Assembly (NCBI GenBank): GCA_037137755.1 | Contig: JBAXJR010000001.1 | Span: 121,126 to 185,125, forward strand | Source: Methanomicrobiales archaeon | GTDB taxonomy: Archaea; Halobacteriota; Methanomicrobia; Methanomicrobiales; Methanospirillaceae | Reading direction: 5' to 3' | Length of the DNA stretch: 64,000 nucleotides | Part shown: piece by piece, positions 11,047-21,019 of the stretch | Numbering within the stretch: the first letter of the stretch is position 1 | How the letters are laid out: the number at the start of each line of letters is the position of its first letter | Made by a program: the position numbers and the translations under genes | The notes under the pieces: generated by a model | Seen by the model: the letters and a program-made list of their open reading frames with translations, nothing else | Databases searched by the model: none | What the model was told of the DNA's origin: nothing

Positions 11047-12090
11047 TTAGCTCTCTAAAATAAAAACCTTCTTGATTATGCTGGCTGAAGAGCCCCGTTT
11101 TACGATTGTTGAGAGGTAGTCGAGGCTGAAGCGCATATTGGATAGTCCGGGGCTCATAACAAAAAACCTTGCACGAACTCCTTTCCTGATGAAAAACGGG
11201 GTACCACAAAGTGAAGACCCTTCAATTGCAGACCTGATCAGGAGGGCAGGTGGCAGGCGGTAAACATAGTGGGCAAATGACATCTCTGCAAACATGTCAG
11301 GCTGGACAAACATCGCGTTGTCGGTACCAAGGAGTAACCTGCAACCGAGGTCGGTCATGTCATGTACAGGGGGTTCAGACCTGGAATTGGCAACCCCGAG
11401 AGCCCAGTTAGAACGTGGGCAGACTGCAATGGGAATACTCTCATCAGCACATTGCCTGAGTTGGGGCCGTGTTGCATGAGTACAGTGGATGAGAAGGTCA
11501 GGGCTAAATGAGAGGGCTGTATCAACGTCATCCGGATCTCTTTCACCCGCATGGAAGGCGATTAATTTTCCATTCTCCCTTGCTTCTTTGACATGCCGTT
11601 CCAGGTCAGGTACATCCCGGGTGCTGCTGATCCCCAGACCCCGGGCGATCTGTTCACCCCCATCGCGACCGAAAATAACAAGTCCGGGGAGTAACGACCT
11701 GCCAGCTTCATTCAGTGCGCTTACCCCTTCAGCTCCTCCTTCGCGGAAATCGGCGCACCCGGCTGTACCACTTTGTATCATTGCCTGGATGCTGGAACGC
11801 ATGCCTGAAACCAGGTCATCTTTTAACGCAGCGGCAAGAAGCCGGTGCTTCAGCCCGCCAGGAGGTGTGACCAGTGAAGCAAGGTCACCCTTCGTGGGTA
11901 CATCCATCGCAACCGTGTCCCCAATGTGCGTGTGTGCATTAAAAAATGCAGGGATGATCCAGTTATCCCCCGGGTGCGGGTCATCCTCGATATGCGTGAT
12001 AATCCCTGATTTCACGATAATCGTGACAGGACGCATCCGAAGTGACTCGCCAAGAAGGGCATGGCCGCTGACCGTCACTTCGTGGTCCAT
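11047..12090 (-). CDS. Metal-dependent amidohydrolase family protein
   Basis: FNAHTHIGD (HxH), FHAGE, LIHCTH and LGTDN metal-ligand motifs. Confidence 0.88.
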   Translation of the reverse strand: MDHEVTVSGHALLGESLRMRPVTIIVKSGIITHIEDDPHPGDNWIIPAFFNAHTHIGDTVAMDVPTKGDLASLVTPPGGLKHRLLAAALKDDLVSGMRSSIQAMIQSGTAGCADFREGGAEGVSALNEAGRSLLPGLVIFGRDGGEQIARGLGISSTRDVPDLERHVKEARENGKLIAFHAGERDPDDVDTALSFSPDLLIHCTHATRPQLRQCADESIPIAVCPRSNWALGVANSRSEPPVHDMTDLGCRLLLGTDNAMFVQPDMFAEMSFAHYVYRLPPALLIRSAIEGSSLCGTPFFIRKGVRARFFVMSPGLSNMRFSLDYLSTIVKRGSSASIIKKVFILES

Positions 12091-12140
12091 AAAAAAACCT
12101 TAACACCCATTTATATATTGAGAATGAGAAATAGCTTTGT

Positions 12141-12302
12141 ATGGCAAAGAAGAAGGGTGGAAGATTAATCTCGTCGGCAGGTCTTGTCAATTATTACGAG
12201 AGTGAAGACCGGCGGGCGATTCATATCAGCCCCGTTTCAGTGATTGTAGTGTCAGCCGCAATCGGGGCATTTATCCTAGTATTAGGCATAGTCTGGCAAT
12301 AA
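12141..12302 (+). CDS. secG: Preprotein translocase subunit Sec61beta/SecG (53 aa; below ORF-track cutoff)
   Basis: MAKKKGGRLISSAGLVNYYESEDRRAIHISPVSVIVVSAAIGAFILVLGIVWQ: AGL.YY...I.P motif plus one C-terminal TM helix. T8 run at 12305-12312. Confidence 0.92.
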   Translation: MAKKKGGRLISSAGLVNYYESEDRRAIHISPVSVIVVSAAIGAFILVLGIVWQ

Positions 12303-12839
12303 TCTTTTTTTTGGGTTGTCCAGGGAACATTCCGGTCGTCAACCATGAAAAAAATTGTATGTCGTTACCTTTAGGGTCTTCATTATGATATCTGGTTTCT
12401 TGGCATTTCGGGAAGGTAACTCTCGTCCATAATGCAATATCATTGAATCATTAAAGAATCCTGGATATCAATGGTATCGAGGAGTCGCCGTCATAAGAAT
12501 TGTCCTATTCTCAATAGACAATTATAAAAGAAAATAACTGTCTCTGTCAGCAATGTATCAATACTATTGTCATTTCGGAGTATGTCAGGCCCTCAGCCTT
12601 TGTGATATTGAAGTTGTTACCTTCCTGGATGTATTCCGTAATGTATGCCATTGCAGAGCCAATTGCCGGTATCTGTGGGAGGAATGATATGACAATTGAT
12701 AGCCCGGGACCCCGAGTTTGTTACAGAAATTAAACGAGGATAGTGACAGATAGAACTGTTACAATCGGCGATTAATTAAACAACCATTAAATATTTAGCG
12801 ATAATCCTATCAACTAAAAAAGAGCGGTGAGTGATAGCT

Positions 12840-13190
12840 ATGGCAGAATCTGAAAAACAGAAAGCAACCTTTGGTCTTGATGAAAATATAGCATCAGCAC
12901 TTTGTTATTTATTAATCTGGATAACGGGACTGATCTTTTACCTAGTGGAAAAAGATAACAAGATGGTAAAATTCCATGCTTTGCAGTCAATTATCACGTT
13001 TCTTCCCCTCCAAATAATTTACTGGATCCTAACTTATGTATTTTGGTGGACGGGTGTCACGTATTTCCTTACAATGCTAGTTGGTTTGATCATGTTCATT
13101 TTGTGGATTGTCCTTATGATCAAGGCCTTCCAGGGAGAGAGGTATAAACTGCCCATTGTTGGAGATATTGCGGATAATGCAACTAAATAA
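12840..13190 (+). CDS. DUF4870-type small membrane protein
   Basis: GLDENIASALCY, EKDNKMVKFHALQS, KAFQGERYKLPIVG; three TM segments. Confidence 0.85.
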   Translation: MAESEKQKATFGLDENIASALCYLLIWITGLIFYLVEKDNKMVKFHALQSIITFLPLQIIYWILTYVFWWTGVTYFLTMLVGLIMFILWIVLMIKAFQGERYKLPIVGDIADNATK

Positions 13191-13458
13191 ATATCCCATT
13201 CTCTTTTTTGCATTGCAAGCCAGATCGCACCGTCACATCGCAACAATACCGGACTTTATGGGATGATGCTGGATTTTCCGATCCATGATTCATATTAATC
13301 TAAGTCAGGCCGGAAGGACTGACCGCCAGGACACCAATTTCCGGGGTCCTATTGGTTCTTTATTGCTCTTTTGGAGATGGTAAAAAACGATTATAAGAAG
13401 GCAATAACGCAATCAGGGCGAACTACCGGGTTTAACCGTGTATGATAGATCCTTGAAT

Positions 13459-14022
13459 TTAATAGTGGATAGGGGGTGTGTTAATATCCCTTAAATATTT
13501 GATTTTTTCAAAATCCAACTCAAATAATCGCTCTATTTTCAGGGGGGAATAGCCGATTAATTCAACAGATACATTGATAGTTTTGAAATCCCCGTTTATC
13601 AAGGGGAAATATTCCAGATCGTTGTTATGCGCATGCCCGTGGATCACCCATCCTTTCCAGTCCTCCGGAATATCGGCGGGGTTATGGATCAATAAGAAAG
13701 GAATATCCCGGTATTGCAGGGTAAGGGCGTGGTGCGGTTCCAGACCTTCCACAATTTGATTATCATGGCTACCGCTGATAAAAACAATATTCCCGTTTAA
13801 TTTATCGAGCCAGTACTGCATCGAATGGGAACCCCGCCCATATCGCAGATCACCCAGGAAATAAACCGTGTCTGAATCCTTCACGGTATTATTCCACGAA
13901 TTTAAAAGGAAAGTATTCATATCATCTTTATTTTTAAAATCACGGCTGCAATACCGAATTATATTTCCGTGGTCGAAATGGGTATCAGAAATAATAAAGG
14001 TATTTTCGGTTTTATTCATCAT
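13459..14022 (-). CDS. Calcineurin-like metallophosphoesterase
   Basis: ISDTHF, YFLGD, GSHD, IHGHAH, INVSVE. Confidence 0.88.
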   Translation of the reverse strand: MMNKTENTFIISDTHFDHGNIIRYCSRDFKNKDDMNTFLLNSWNNTVKDSDTVYFLGDLRYGRGSHSMQYWLDKLNGNIVFISGSHDNQIVEGLEPHHALTLQYRDIPFLLIHNPADIPEDWKGWVIHGHAHNNDLEYFPLINGDFKTINVSVELIGYSPLKIERLFELDFEKIKYLRDINTPPIHY

Positions 14023-14250
14023 AAATAACACATTTCCGGTAGTCCGGGCAGTACCAGCCCATCGGTTGAAAGATCAGCTTCCCTGGAACACTACCAGGAG
14101 CGCGGATGTAGATCCGCTGCATCGTGAAGGATACGCTTTTAAGGTTATACTTCCGGGCTTCGGTTTTTGCAGGCACGAAGTATTGTATACAATGACAGCA
14201 TAAAAGGACTTTGTATAGGGGTTAGTTTACAATTTCCCAAGGGGTGTGAA

Positions 14251-14541
14251 ATAATAACTAACGAGCCAGCAAACCGGTATCTTGTGATACGATGCGGCGG
14301 TTGCAAAACTTTTACCTATGTAGACCGTTTCCAGGAGTGGAAACTATGCCCGATCTGCGGTGCGACGATTGAAATCCGGAGGGCCAGCCATTATCTTGAA
14401 GTCGAAGATTTCAGGGTTGCAGAACAGATCGTATCCCAGCTCGAGCAGCATATCCACAAGACCCGGAAAAAGGACCTTTCATATGAAGAACGTGAACAAC
14501 TAAGGGCCCAATACACGGAGTGGATCAGGGGTCAGATCTGA
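14251..14541 (+). CDS. Zn-ribbon protein (DUF1922-like); start uncertain
   Basis: YLVIRCGGC...LCPICG, two CxxC pairs. GGGGTG RBS at 14241 precedes ATA ATA, with no nearby in-frame ATG. Confidence 0.7.
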   Translation: MITNEPANRYLVIRCGGCKTFTYVDRFQEWKLCPICGATIEIRRASHYLEVEDFRVAEQIVSQLEQHIHKTRKKDLSYEEREQLRAQYTEWIRGQI

Positions 14542-14951
14542 CTCCTGCGAATCGTCACGGTTCACCCGCCTTCATGGCAACTCTGGCAGGATATTGTTAC
14601 TTCATATCCGCAGAGGTGGTAAAATATGCCTGGCATCGCGCGGCAGACCAATGGTTTTTCGTACCGCTTATACGAGACTTCTGATTTGTGTCCAGGAGTA
14701 GGGATATAGAGTGTAGTCCCTTTATCAGGACACCATTTAATCCCAGATATAGGAATATTTGTTTCCTTTTTTAATAATCCTGGATTTTTTAACAGCAACG
14801 ATTAATGCGCACGGGTCCAGACCACGAAACATCGTTTAAATCTTGTAAAAGATAAACAACCCTGTTTTTCAAATTGCTCTAAATACTACTATTCCAAAAA
14901 TTGTACGTAATGGCTGGACTTTTTTTGTTTCCGGTCTGAAGTGTGCAGATA

Positions 14952-16136
14952 ATGAAGTACAGATTTGCATCCCGCATGGAAAAGACTCCCCGTTCATTTA
15001 TCAGGGAGATCCTTAAAGTTACTGAAGATCCGAATATCATCTCGTTTGGAGGGGGGTTGCCCAATCCTGCGCTGTTCCCGGTAGAAGCACTTGTCGAGGC
15101 TGCACGGGAGGTCCTTGCCGGGGACGGCATGTCAGCACTCCAGTACTCGACTACCGAGGGATACCTGCCACTCCGTGAATTTATTGCAAAGCGGTATCGT
15201 AAGCGGACCGGACTTACCATCTCAGCTGAACATATTCTGATTACGAATGGTTCGCAACAATGCCTGGACCTGGTTGGGAAGGTGTTGATTGACCCAAACG
15301 ATCCGGTGGCGATTGAAAGACCTGGCTATCTTGGAGCGATACAAGCGTTCTCACTCTATGAGCCTCAATTCCAAGAAGTGCCGTTGCTGGAAGATGGTCC
15401 TGATATGGAAGTACTATCGCAGGTCCTTGACACCAGTTCACCTAAACTATTCTACGGCGTGCCAAATTTCCAGAACCCTACCGGCATATCATACTCCGGG
15501 AAAAAGCGGCGCGAAGTTGCCGGTATCCTGATGGAACATGACACCCTCTTTATTGAAGACGATGCATACGGGGAGCTCAGATTCAGGGGGGAAGATCTCC
15601 CCCTTGTCGGCAGTTATCTCCCCGAACAGGGGATTATCACCGGGTCTTTCTCAAAAATCATTGCCCCGGGAATGAGGATGGGTTGGATTGCTGCACCTCC
15701 CGAAGTGTTTACACAGCTAGTGACGGCTAAGCAGGCATCAGACCTTCATTCTAATTACCTGACCCAGCGGATTATCTACAAATATCTCATTGATAATGAT
15801 ATCGACCTCCATATACGGCATATCCGCGAGGTATACCACCACCAGCGTGATATCATGGTAAAGGTGATAGAAGAGACATTCCCACCTGGTGTCTCGATAA
15901 CACGACCGGATGGCGGGATGTTTCTCTGGGCCACGCTGCCCCCGGGTTTTTCCACGATGGACCTCTTTCAGATTGCAATTAAGGAGAACGTTGCGTTTGT
16001 CCCGGGAGACCCCTTTTATACCGATGGCACTGGCTCAAACACGATGCGGCTGAATTATTCGAACTCCGACGAGGAACGGATTGTCGAAGGGATTACCCGG
16101 TTGTCAAAGGCAATCCGGAGGATGATCAACAATTAA
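14952..16136 (+). CDS. PLP-dependent aminotransferase class I/II (2-aminoadipate/aromatic type)
   Basis: ISFGGGLP, ITNGSQQ, PNFQNPTG, EDDAY, and GSFSKIIAPGMRMGW containing the PLP lysine. Confidence 0.93.
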   Translation: MKYRFASRMEKTPRSFIREILKVTEDPNIISFGGGLPNPALFPVEALVEAAREVLAGDGMSALQYSTTEGYLPLREFIAKRYRKRTGLTISAEHILITNGSQQCLDLVGKVLIDPNDPVAIERPGYLGAIQAFSLYEPQFQEVPLLEDGPDMEVLSQVLDTSSPKLFYGVPNFQNPTGISYSGKKRREVAGILMEHDTLFIEDDAYGELRFRGEDLPLVGSYLPEQGIITGSFSKIIAPGMRMGWIAAPPEVFTQLVTAKQASDLHSNYLTQRIIYKYLIDNDIDLHIRHIREVYHHQRDIMVKVIEETFPPGVSITRPDGGMFLWATLPPGFSTMDLFQIAIKENVAFVPGDPFYTDGTGSNTMRLNYSNSDEERIVEGITRLSKAIRRMINN

Positions 16137-16394
16137 TTCCTTGACGTAAGTTCCCTGGTAAAGAAAAGAAGTCATGTAGACCTGTTCGTTCCGGACGATA
16201 TGGAGCATGGACGATAAGAGACCTCCTGGAACTCCCGTGTATACCCCTCACAGGGAAACCCAGGAATGATAGATCCCTCATTGTTCAACGGGATAATGGG
16301 GGAATTCCCCTTTCAGCAGGGCTTACTACCAGGAATATTTTAATGGATCCGCTCCCTGCAACGAACCAGGATTTTTCATAACGTAGTTTCATCT

Positions 16395-17636
16395 TCATAC
16401 CTTATGTACGTTAATTATTGCTTTTGCTGCCTGAAAACCTGTTGAAAACGCGGCCTGCAGGTTATATCCCCCGGTATCGCCGTCGAGGTCAATAATTTCA
16501 CCTGCAAAATAGAGTCCCGGTACCAGTCTCGACTCCATCGTCTTTGGTTCAATTTCCTGCAGGGATACTCCGCCTCGTGTAACCATTGCTTCCTGGAAGC
16601 CTCCAAGTTTCCCGACCTTTACCGGGAATTCAACCAGGTTTGTGATGAGGGTAGTCCGTTGCAATTTTGAAAGATGTGCGCAGGTCAGGTCCTCCGGGAT
16701 ACCTGATAGCTGCAGTAGCATCGTTGCGAGACGTTCCGGGATTCTGTACTGTAATACAATCGTTTTTATATTTTTTACCGGGCATGCAGTAATCTTTTCA
16801 GAGAATTCTTTTGCAAGTGCTTCTGCGGGTATGCGGCCGGTAAATGATAACCTGATAGTATCACCAGGAAGTATGAACCGTGAATAGTCAAGGATCCCTG
16901 GACCTGAAAGGCCCTGGTGGGTGAAGAGAATATCCCCCCGGTGACTTCCTATTTTTTTGCCATTCCTCCAGAGCGAAAAGGACATTGTCTCAAACGAGAT
17001 GCCGGAAAGGTCCCCAAACGGATACTTTTCAGCGATCACCGGGGCCAGTGCCGGGGCAATTTCTACAATGGTGTGGCCGAGCGACGAGGCAAAATGGTAC
17101 CCATCACCCGTTGAACCGGTACCTGGATAAGACGAACCACCCGTGGCAATAACAAGTAACCTCCCACGGAAGGTCTTATTCAGAGTACGGATAACAAACA
17201 GGTTATTATTATGGCTGACTTCCTGGACTGGTTCATTCAACAGAATGGTCACCCCGTTAGTAACACATGCCTTTTCCAGAATGTTGAGCACGTCTGTTGA
17301 TTTCAGTGTTGCAGGGAATACCTTGCCTGCTTTTGTAGTCACCATCTCAAGTCCCCGCTCCAGAAAATAAGATACAAGAGAGGTATTCGGAAAATTCATC
17401 AGCGCCGGTTTCAGGAATGACCCCTTGACCCCATAATGTGTCAGAAAATCCCTGGCTGGACCTTCATGGGTAATATTGCACTGGCCTGAACCGGCAAGCA
17501 ATAATTTATTCCCGGGCCCTGATTTTTTTTCCAGGACCAGGACTTTTTTCCCTGTTGCTCCGATATTTGCTGCACAAAATAATCCTGCAGGTCCGGCACC
17601 GATAATTATGATATCCGCTGTTGTACTCGTATTCAT
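16395..17636 (-). CDS. HI0933/YhiN (BaiN-like) FAD/NAD(P) flavoprotein
   Basis: IIGAGPAG, KLLLAGSGQCNITH, ATGGSSYPGTGSTGDG, LFTHQGLSGP, VTRGGV, GEIIDLDGDTGGYNLQAAFSTG. ATGA overlap with pelota. Confidence 0.92.
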   Translation of the reverse strand: MNTSTTADIIIIGAGPAGLFCAANIGATGKKVLVLEKKSGPGNKLLLAGSGQCNITHEGPARDFLTHYGVKGSFLKPALMNFPNTSLVSYFLERGLEMVTTKAGKVFPATLKSTDVLNILEKACVTNGVTILLNEPVQEVSHNNNLFVIRTLNKTFRGRLLVIATGGSSYPGTGSTGDGYHFASSLGHTIVEIAPALAPVIAEKYPFGDLSGISFETMSFSLWRNGKKIGSHRGDILFTHQGLSGPGILDYSRFILPGDTIRLSFTGRIPAEALAKEFSEKITACPVKNIKTIVLQYRIPERLATMLLQLSGIPEDLTCAHLSKLQRTTLITNLVEFPVKVGKLGGFQEAMVTRGGVSLQEIEPKTMESRLVPGLYFAGEIIDLDGDTGGYNLQAAFSTGFQAAKAIINVHKV

Positions 17637-18658
17637 CCTATCCTGTACCGTAGAAGTGCAGCGACGCCGCCGAGTGCTTCCAGTTGTTTTCCCGGTTCAA
17701 ACCCTGAAGAAAAAACAACAACGGCGGCATCTGCCCGCTCAGCCTGTTCCATCAGCCCTACCACATCCGGGTCACGGATTAGCGTATCAACGACGAGTAT
17801 CTCCTCGATCGCACCACATTCACCTGCGTTTTTCACCTCGGTCCTTCCATAAGCGACCGGCCCCCCCTTTGAAATCCGTTTCAGGAATTCCCCCATCAGG
17901 TTCACCTCGCGGGCGAGCTGAAGGTCTCCTGCGAGTTTTTCAAGGGTGCCAAGACCTATGACCTCCTGTACGGCCCCTGCACCGGTCCTCCTGGTCTCCA
18001 CAACGACCATCTTTGCAGCCTTGTCGCTCTCCCGTGCCCGGAAAAATTTCATAAAGTCTTCCTTGATGAACCCGGGCCCTGCAACAACAAGCGGACCATT
18101 GACTGGAGACAGCTGGCCAAGGACCTTTTCGAAGAAAGATGTCCTGCTATTGACTTCCATGCCTTTCCCACTTCCCATGGTGATCGTGATCACCAGCTCG
18201 GGCCCGAAATGTCGTATCCGGAAGAGTTCCGCCTCCCCTTCTTCAATGGTGAGGATATGGATCACATCATATACCGATGCCTTCACTGCCCGGTCAATTC
18301 GTTCAAGATCACTCTTTCTCCACTGCCGGATGACAGAAATTTCGTACCCTGTTTCGATATTGAGGGTATGATATGAGCCGGCTTCCATCCCATGCTCGAT
18401 CAACCCGGTCACCCGGAGGCGGTTGGCGTAGTGGTGGAACTCAACCTTCTCAACCCGTATCCCAAGCCTGACGGGTCGTTTCTCCGCTTTCTCCGGACGG
18501 ATCTTATCTGTGGACGTGTCTGCTGTCCGGAGCGTTGTCGCAAACACAAGGTCACCGGGGGCTATCAGGTGGCTCAGGTGCCATATGTCATCGATATTTT
18601 CAGGGAACAGCCTGATTTCGCCATATAATTTCTGTAATTCACCAAATTCAGCCTTCAT
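17633..18658 (-). CDS. pelA: Pelota (aDom34) ribosome rescue factor
   Basis: PENIDDIWHL, RLRVTG, YHTLNI, VAGPGFIKEDF, VAYG, and GKQLEALGGVAALLRY. Confidence 0.95.
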   Translation of the reverse strand: MKAEFGELQKLYGEIRLFPENIDDIWHLSHLIAPGDLVFATTLRTADTSTDKIRPEKAEKRPVRLGIRVEKVEFHHYANRLRVTGLIEHGMEAGSYHTLNIETGYEISVIRQWRKSDLERIDRAVKASVYDVIHILTIEEGEAELFRIRHFGPELVITITMGSGKGMEVNSRTSFFEKVLGQLSPVNGPLVVAGPGFIKEDFMKFFRARESDKAAKMVVVETRRTGAGAVQEVIGLGTLEKLAGDLQLAREVNLMGEFLKRISKGGPVAYGRTEVKNAGECGAIEEILVVDTLIRDPDVVGLMEQAERADAAVVVFSSGFEPGKQLEALGGVAALLRYRIG

Positions 18659-18689
18659 AACCGGTCCGGTACCTGCCTGTCATGCAGTG

Positions 18690-20582
18690 CTACACCATCT
18701 CAACGATATCAGAACCCCCGGGTGGGACAAACGCAGCAACTGCCTCGGTATTAAGGGCAGACTTATATGCCTTCCATTCACCATCCGGAACCTTTTCACG
18801 GAGGATCCTGAGCACTTTTTTTGCGGTATCGTTTGGCTCATACGTGCCAGGTTTCAGTTCGACGAGGTATTTTGCCCTTGCCTTCACGGTTTCAACTGGT
18901 CCACCGATAACTGCGACTTCAGGTTCACTCTGAAAGCCGATTGCCGTGCCGAGGGGAACACTTTTTTCATAATGGCGTTCACCGCGGACGATGAAGGAAC
19001 CCCGTGTAACAAATTCCCCGGCTTCCGGAGTTTTACTCACCTGGTCAGGCCGTACCGAGTATACATCGGCACTAAAATGACCGCTCCGCCATGCCCCCGA
19101 GAACGAGGCTGCAAATTGTGCAACTTCATCCATGCGTTCTGTTTTTCCCTTGACGATGACGATACTTGCCCCATGCACATCGGCATGGACAAACGTATCT
19201 CCCCCCTCCATGTACTTTTTTACGAGTTCTTCATTCTGGCCGGCATCCCGCCCTCCAAGGACAAGGATTCCATCGGTGGTATAGAACCAGCGGAACCGGT
19301 GGAACCATTTCTTTTTGAGCACCGGGGTATGGTGCTTCGATACGGCCATTTTTGGTAGCGGGCGGTCCATTGCAGCCTTTGCTCCGGCGATTTTCTTTTT
19401 AAACTTTTTAACCTGCGCAAAGTACCGGCCCAGGTTGACCTCGATATTTTCGTGGACAAAAATGGTTACCGTCTCACCAAAGGCTAAGTCAACTGATGCC
19501 TCATCCGGGTGAACGGCCACAATTTTTTCACCGGGCCCGGCCTTATTATTTTTCAGGATCTGCTCTATCTCCTGCCATGAATATTTTTTACTCGCTTCAT
19601 CAAGGGAACTGATGACTTCGGTGACAAGTGAATAGTTTTCATATATCCCTGCAACGATTCTTTCGAGTCGCGCAACCTTATTCTGGAATTTCTTTACTGA
19701 TTCGACCTGCTGTTTCCTTATGACTTCTTCCTTCGTCAGGCGTTTCTTCTCTTTCTTCTCTCCTTTTGAGAGTCGCACTTCCGGGGAATAAAATGCATCA
19801 AGGGCCTCGTTAAACGTTGTAAACCGTTTCATTTCGCCGCTTTCGGATGTAATGAACGGGGTGCAGGTATTTCCTGCATGTATCGGTTCGCGGGCTGATT
19901 CTGCCCTTTGCAGGAGATTGTGCACGGCATTCCTGATACCAACCGGGTCAACCTGGCCCGCAGGTGCATGCTTATCTACGCCTGTTTCCCTGCAGATATA
20001 TTCCGCGTATGATCCACCGAGGAGGCATCCCACGGCCAGTGCCTTGACAATATCACGTTCATCTTCCCGGAGGAACATGGCGAAACCGGGGTCATCTGAT
20101 AGTGTCGGGTCAACGGGTAACAGGTAGGGCACACCTGGAATGACATCCCGGTCTTTGAACCGGTGGTGCCACAGCGGTTTGATAATGGTAAAGTTTTCAT
20201 CGCAAAATACCACGTTTCCAGCGTCAAACAGTTCCACGACGATATGAAAGGTCGTATCTGCCTTCCCGATATCAAAGATGATAATACGTGAAAGCCCCTG
20301 CTGATGAATGTCAAGTATTTTACCGCCGGTCAGGTGTTTTCTGAGCAGCATGGGGAATTGTGGCGGTATTTTTGGTGTATCAGGGAATGAATTAACCAGG
20401 TGAAGACGTTTACCCGGCTCGATGATGAGCTGGTATTTCTTATGCTCCTCTCCATTCAGACGGATCCCAAGCGTCTTCCCGTCAAACTGGTAGACCTTAT
20501 TGATCCAGAGCGGAAGAAGACTTTTGAGCTCCGTTGCTACTGCCCTTACATCAATGCCGCTCATTCCTGCGCTTGTTGCCAT
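18690..20582 (-). CDS. rqcH: RqcH/Rqc2 (NEMF, NFACT) ribosome quality-control factor
   Basis: MSGIDV, FPMLLRKHL, VELFDAGN, coiled coil, and NFACT-R motifs WFHRFRWF, GGRDAGQNE, FVHADVHGA, QVSKTPEAGEF..RGSFIVRG. Confidence 0.93.
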   Translation of the reverse strand: MATSAGMSGIDVRAVATELKSLLPLWINKVYQFDGKTLGIRLNGEEHKKYQLIIEPGKRLHLVNSFPDTPKIPPQFPMLLRKHLTGGKILDIHQQGLSRIIIFDIGKADTTFHIVVELFDAGNVVFCDENFTIIKPLWHHRFKDRDVIPGVPYLLPVDPTLSDDPGFAMFLREDERDIVKALAVGCLLGGSYAEYICRETGVDKHAPAGQVDPVGIRNAVHNLLQRAESAREPIHAGNTCTPFITSESGEMKRFTTFNEALDAFYSPEVRLSKGEKKEKKRLTKEEVIRKQQVESVKKFQNKVARLERIVAGIYENYSLVTEVISSLDEASKKYSWQEIEQILKNNKAGPGEKIVAVHPDEASVDLAFGETVTIFVHENIEVNLGRYFAQVKKFKKKIAGAKAAMDRPLPKMAVSKHHTPVLKKKWFHRFRWFYTTDGILVLGGRDAGQNEELVKKYMEGGDTFVHADVHGASIVIVKGKTERMDEVAQFAASFSGAWRSGHFSADVYSVRPDQVSKTPEAGEFVTRGSFIVRGERHYEKSVPLGTAIGFQSEPEVAVIGGPVETVKARAKYLVELKPGTYEPNDTAKKVLRILREKVPDGEWKAYKSALNTEAVAAFVPPGGSDIVEMV

Positions 20583-21019
20583 ATCATTACCTGTATACTA
20601 TCTGTTTTTTATTCGCGTGCGAATCGTTGCCCGGAAGGGCAATGCCGTGCCAGTGAAAGGTCTGCACGTCCTGAACTGTATTGTCTTTACGTCTGACCTG
20701 TTTCTTGTATCCAGGTTTTATATATATCTCATCGGTAACGATGATTATAATTGCCTGAACATGAGCATTTTTCCTGGATATTGCGCACACCCGATTCGGT
20801 GTCCCGAAGTTCTTATCCAGCTGAAGAATGTACCGGTAGATTACTATTATAACTACTCCTGTTCAATAATAATGAGAATTCAGCAGTAGAACGACCACGT
20901 TTACTGTGATAATTATGCTGGAGAATTCCGAAAACCGGTTGGTACCATAGGGACTGGTGGTACCGTGACGGCTTTCAGTGTTCTTCACTCAATAATAACA
21001 AAATCCGATTGGTGCCGTA

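Noticed and set aside
13304-13323. GTCAGGCCGGAAGGACTGAC hairpin resembling SRP RNA helix 8
   Set aside because: Lacks the AGCA(G) strand of the SRP54-binding loop and the surrounding ~300-nt GC-rich structure.
14562-14798. 78-aa Cys-containing minus-strand ORF with faint YkgJ-like PLVCR
   Set aside because: Weak TTG start, no RBS, and no coherent Cys pattern.
20941-20964. GGTACCA-N10-TGGTACC inverted repeat upstream of the EMC6-like gene
   Set aside because: Only 7-bp arms built on a palindromic hexamer, too weak to call without conservation data.
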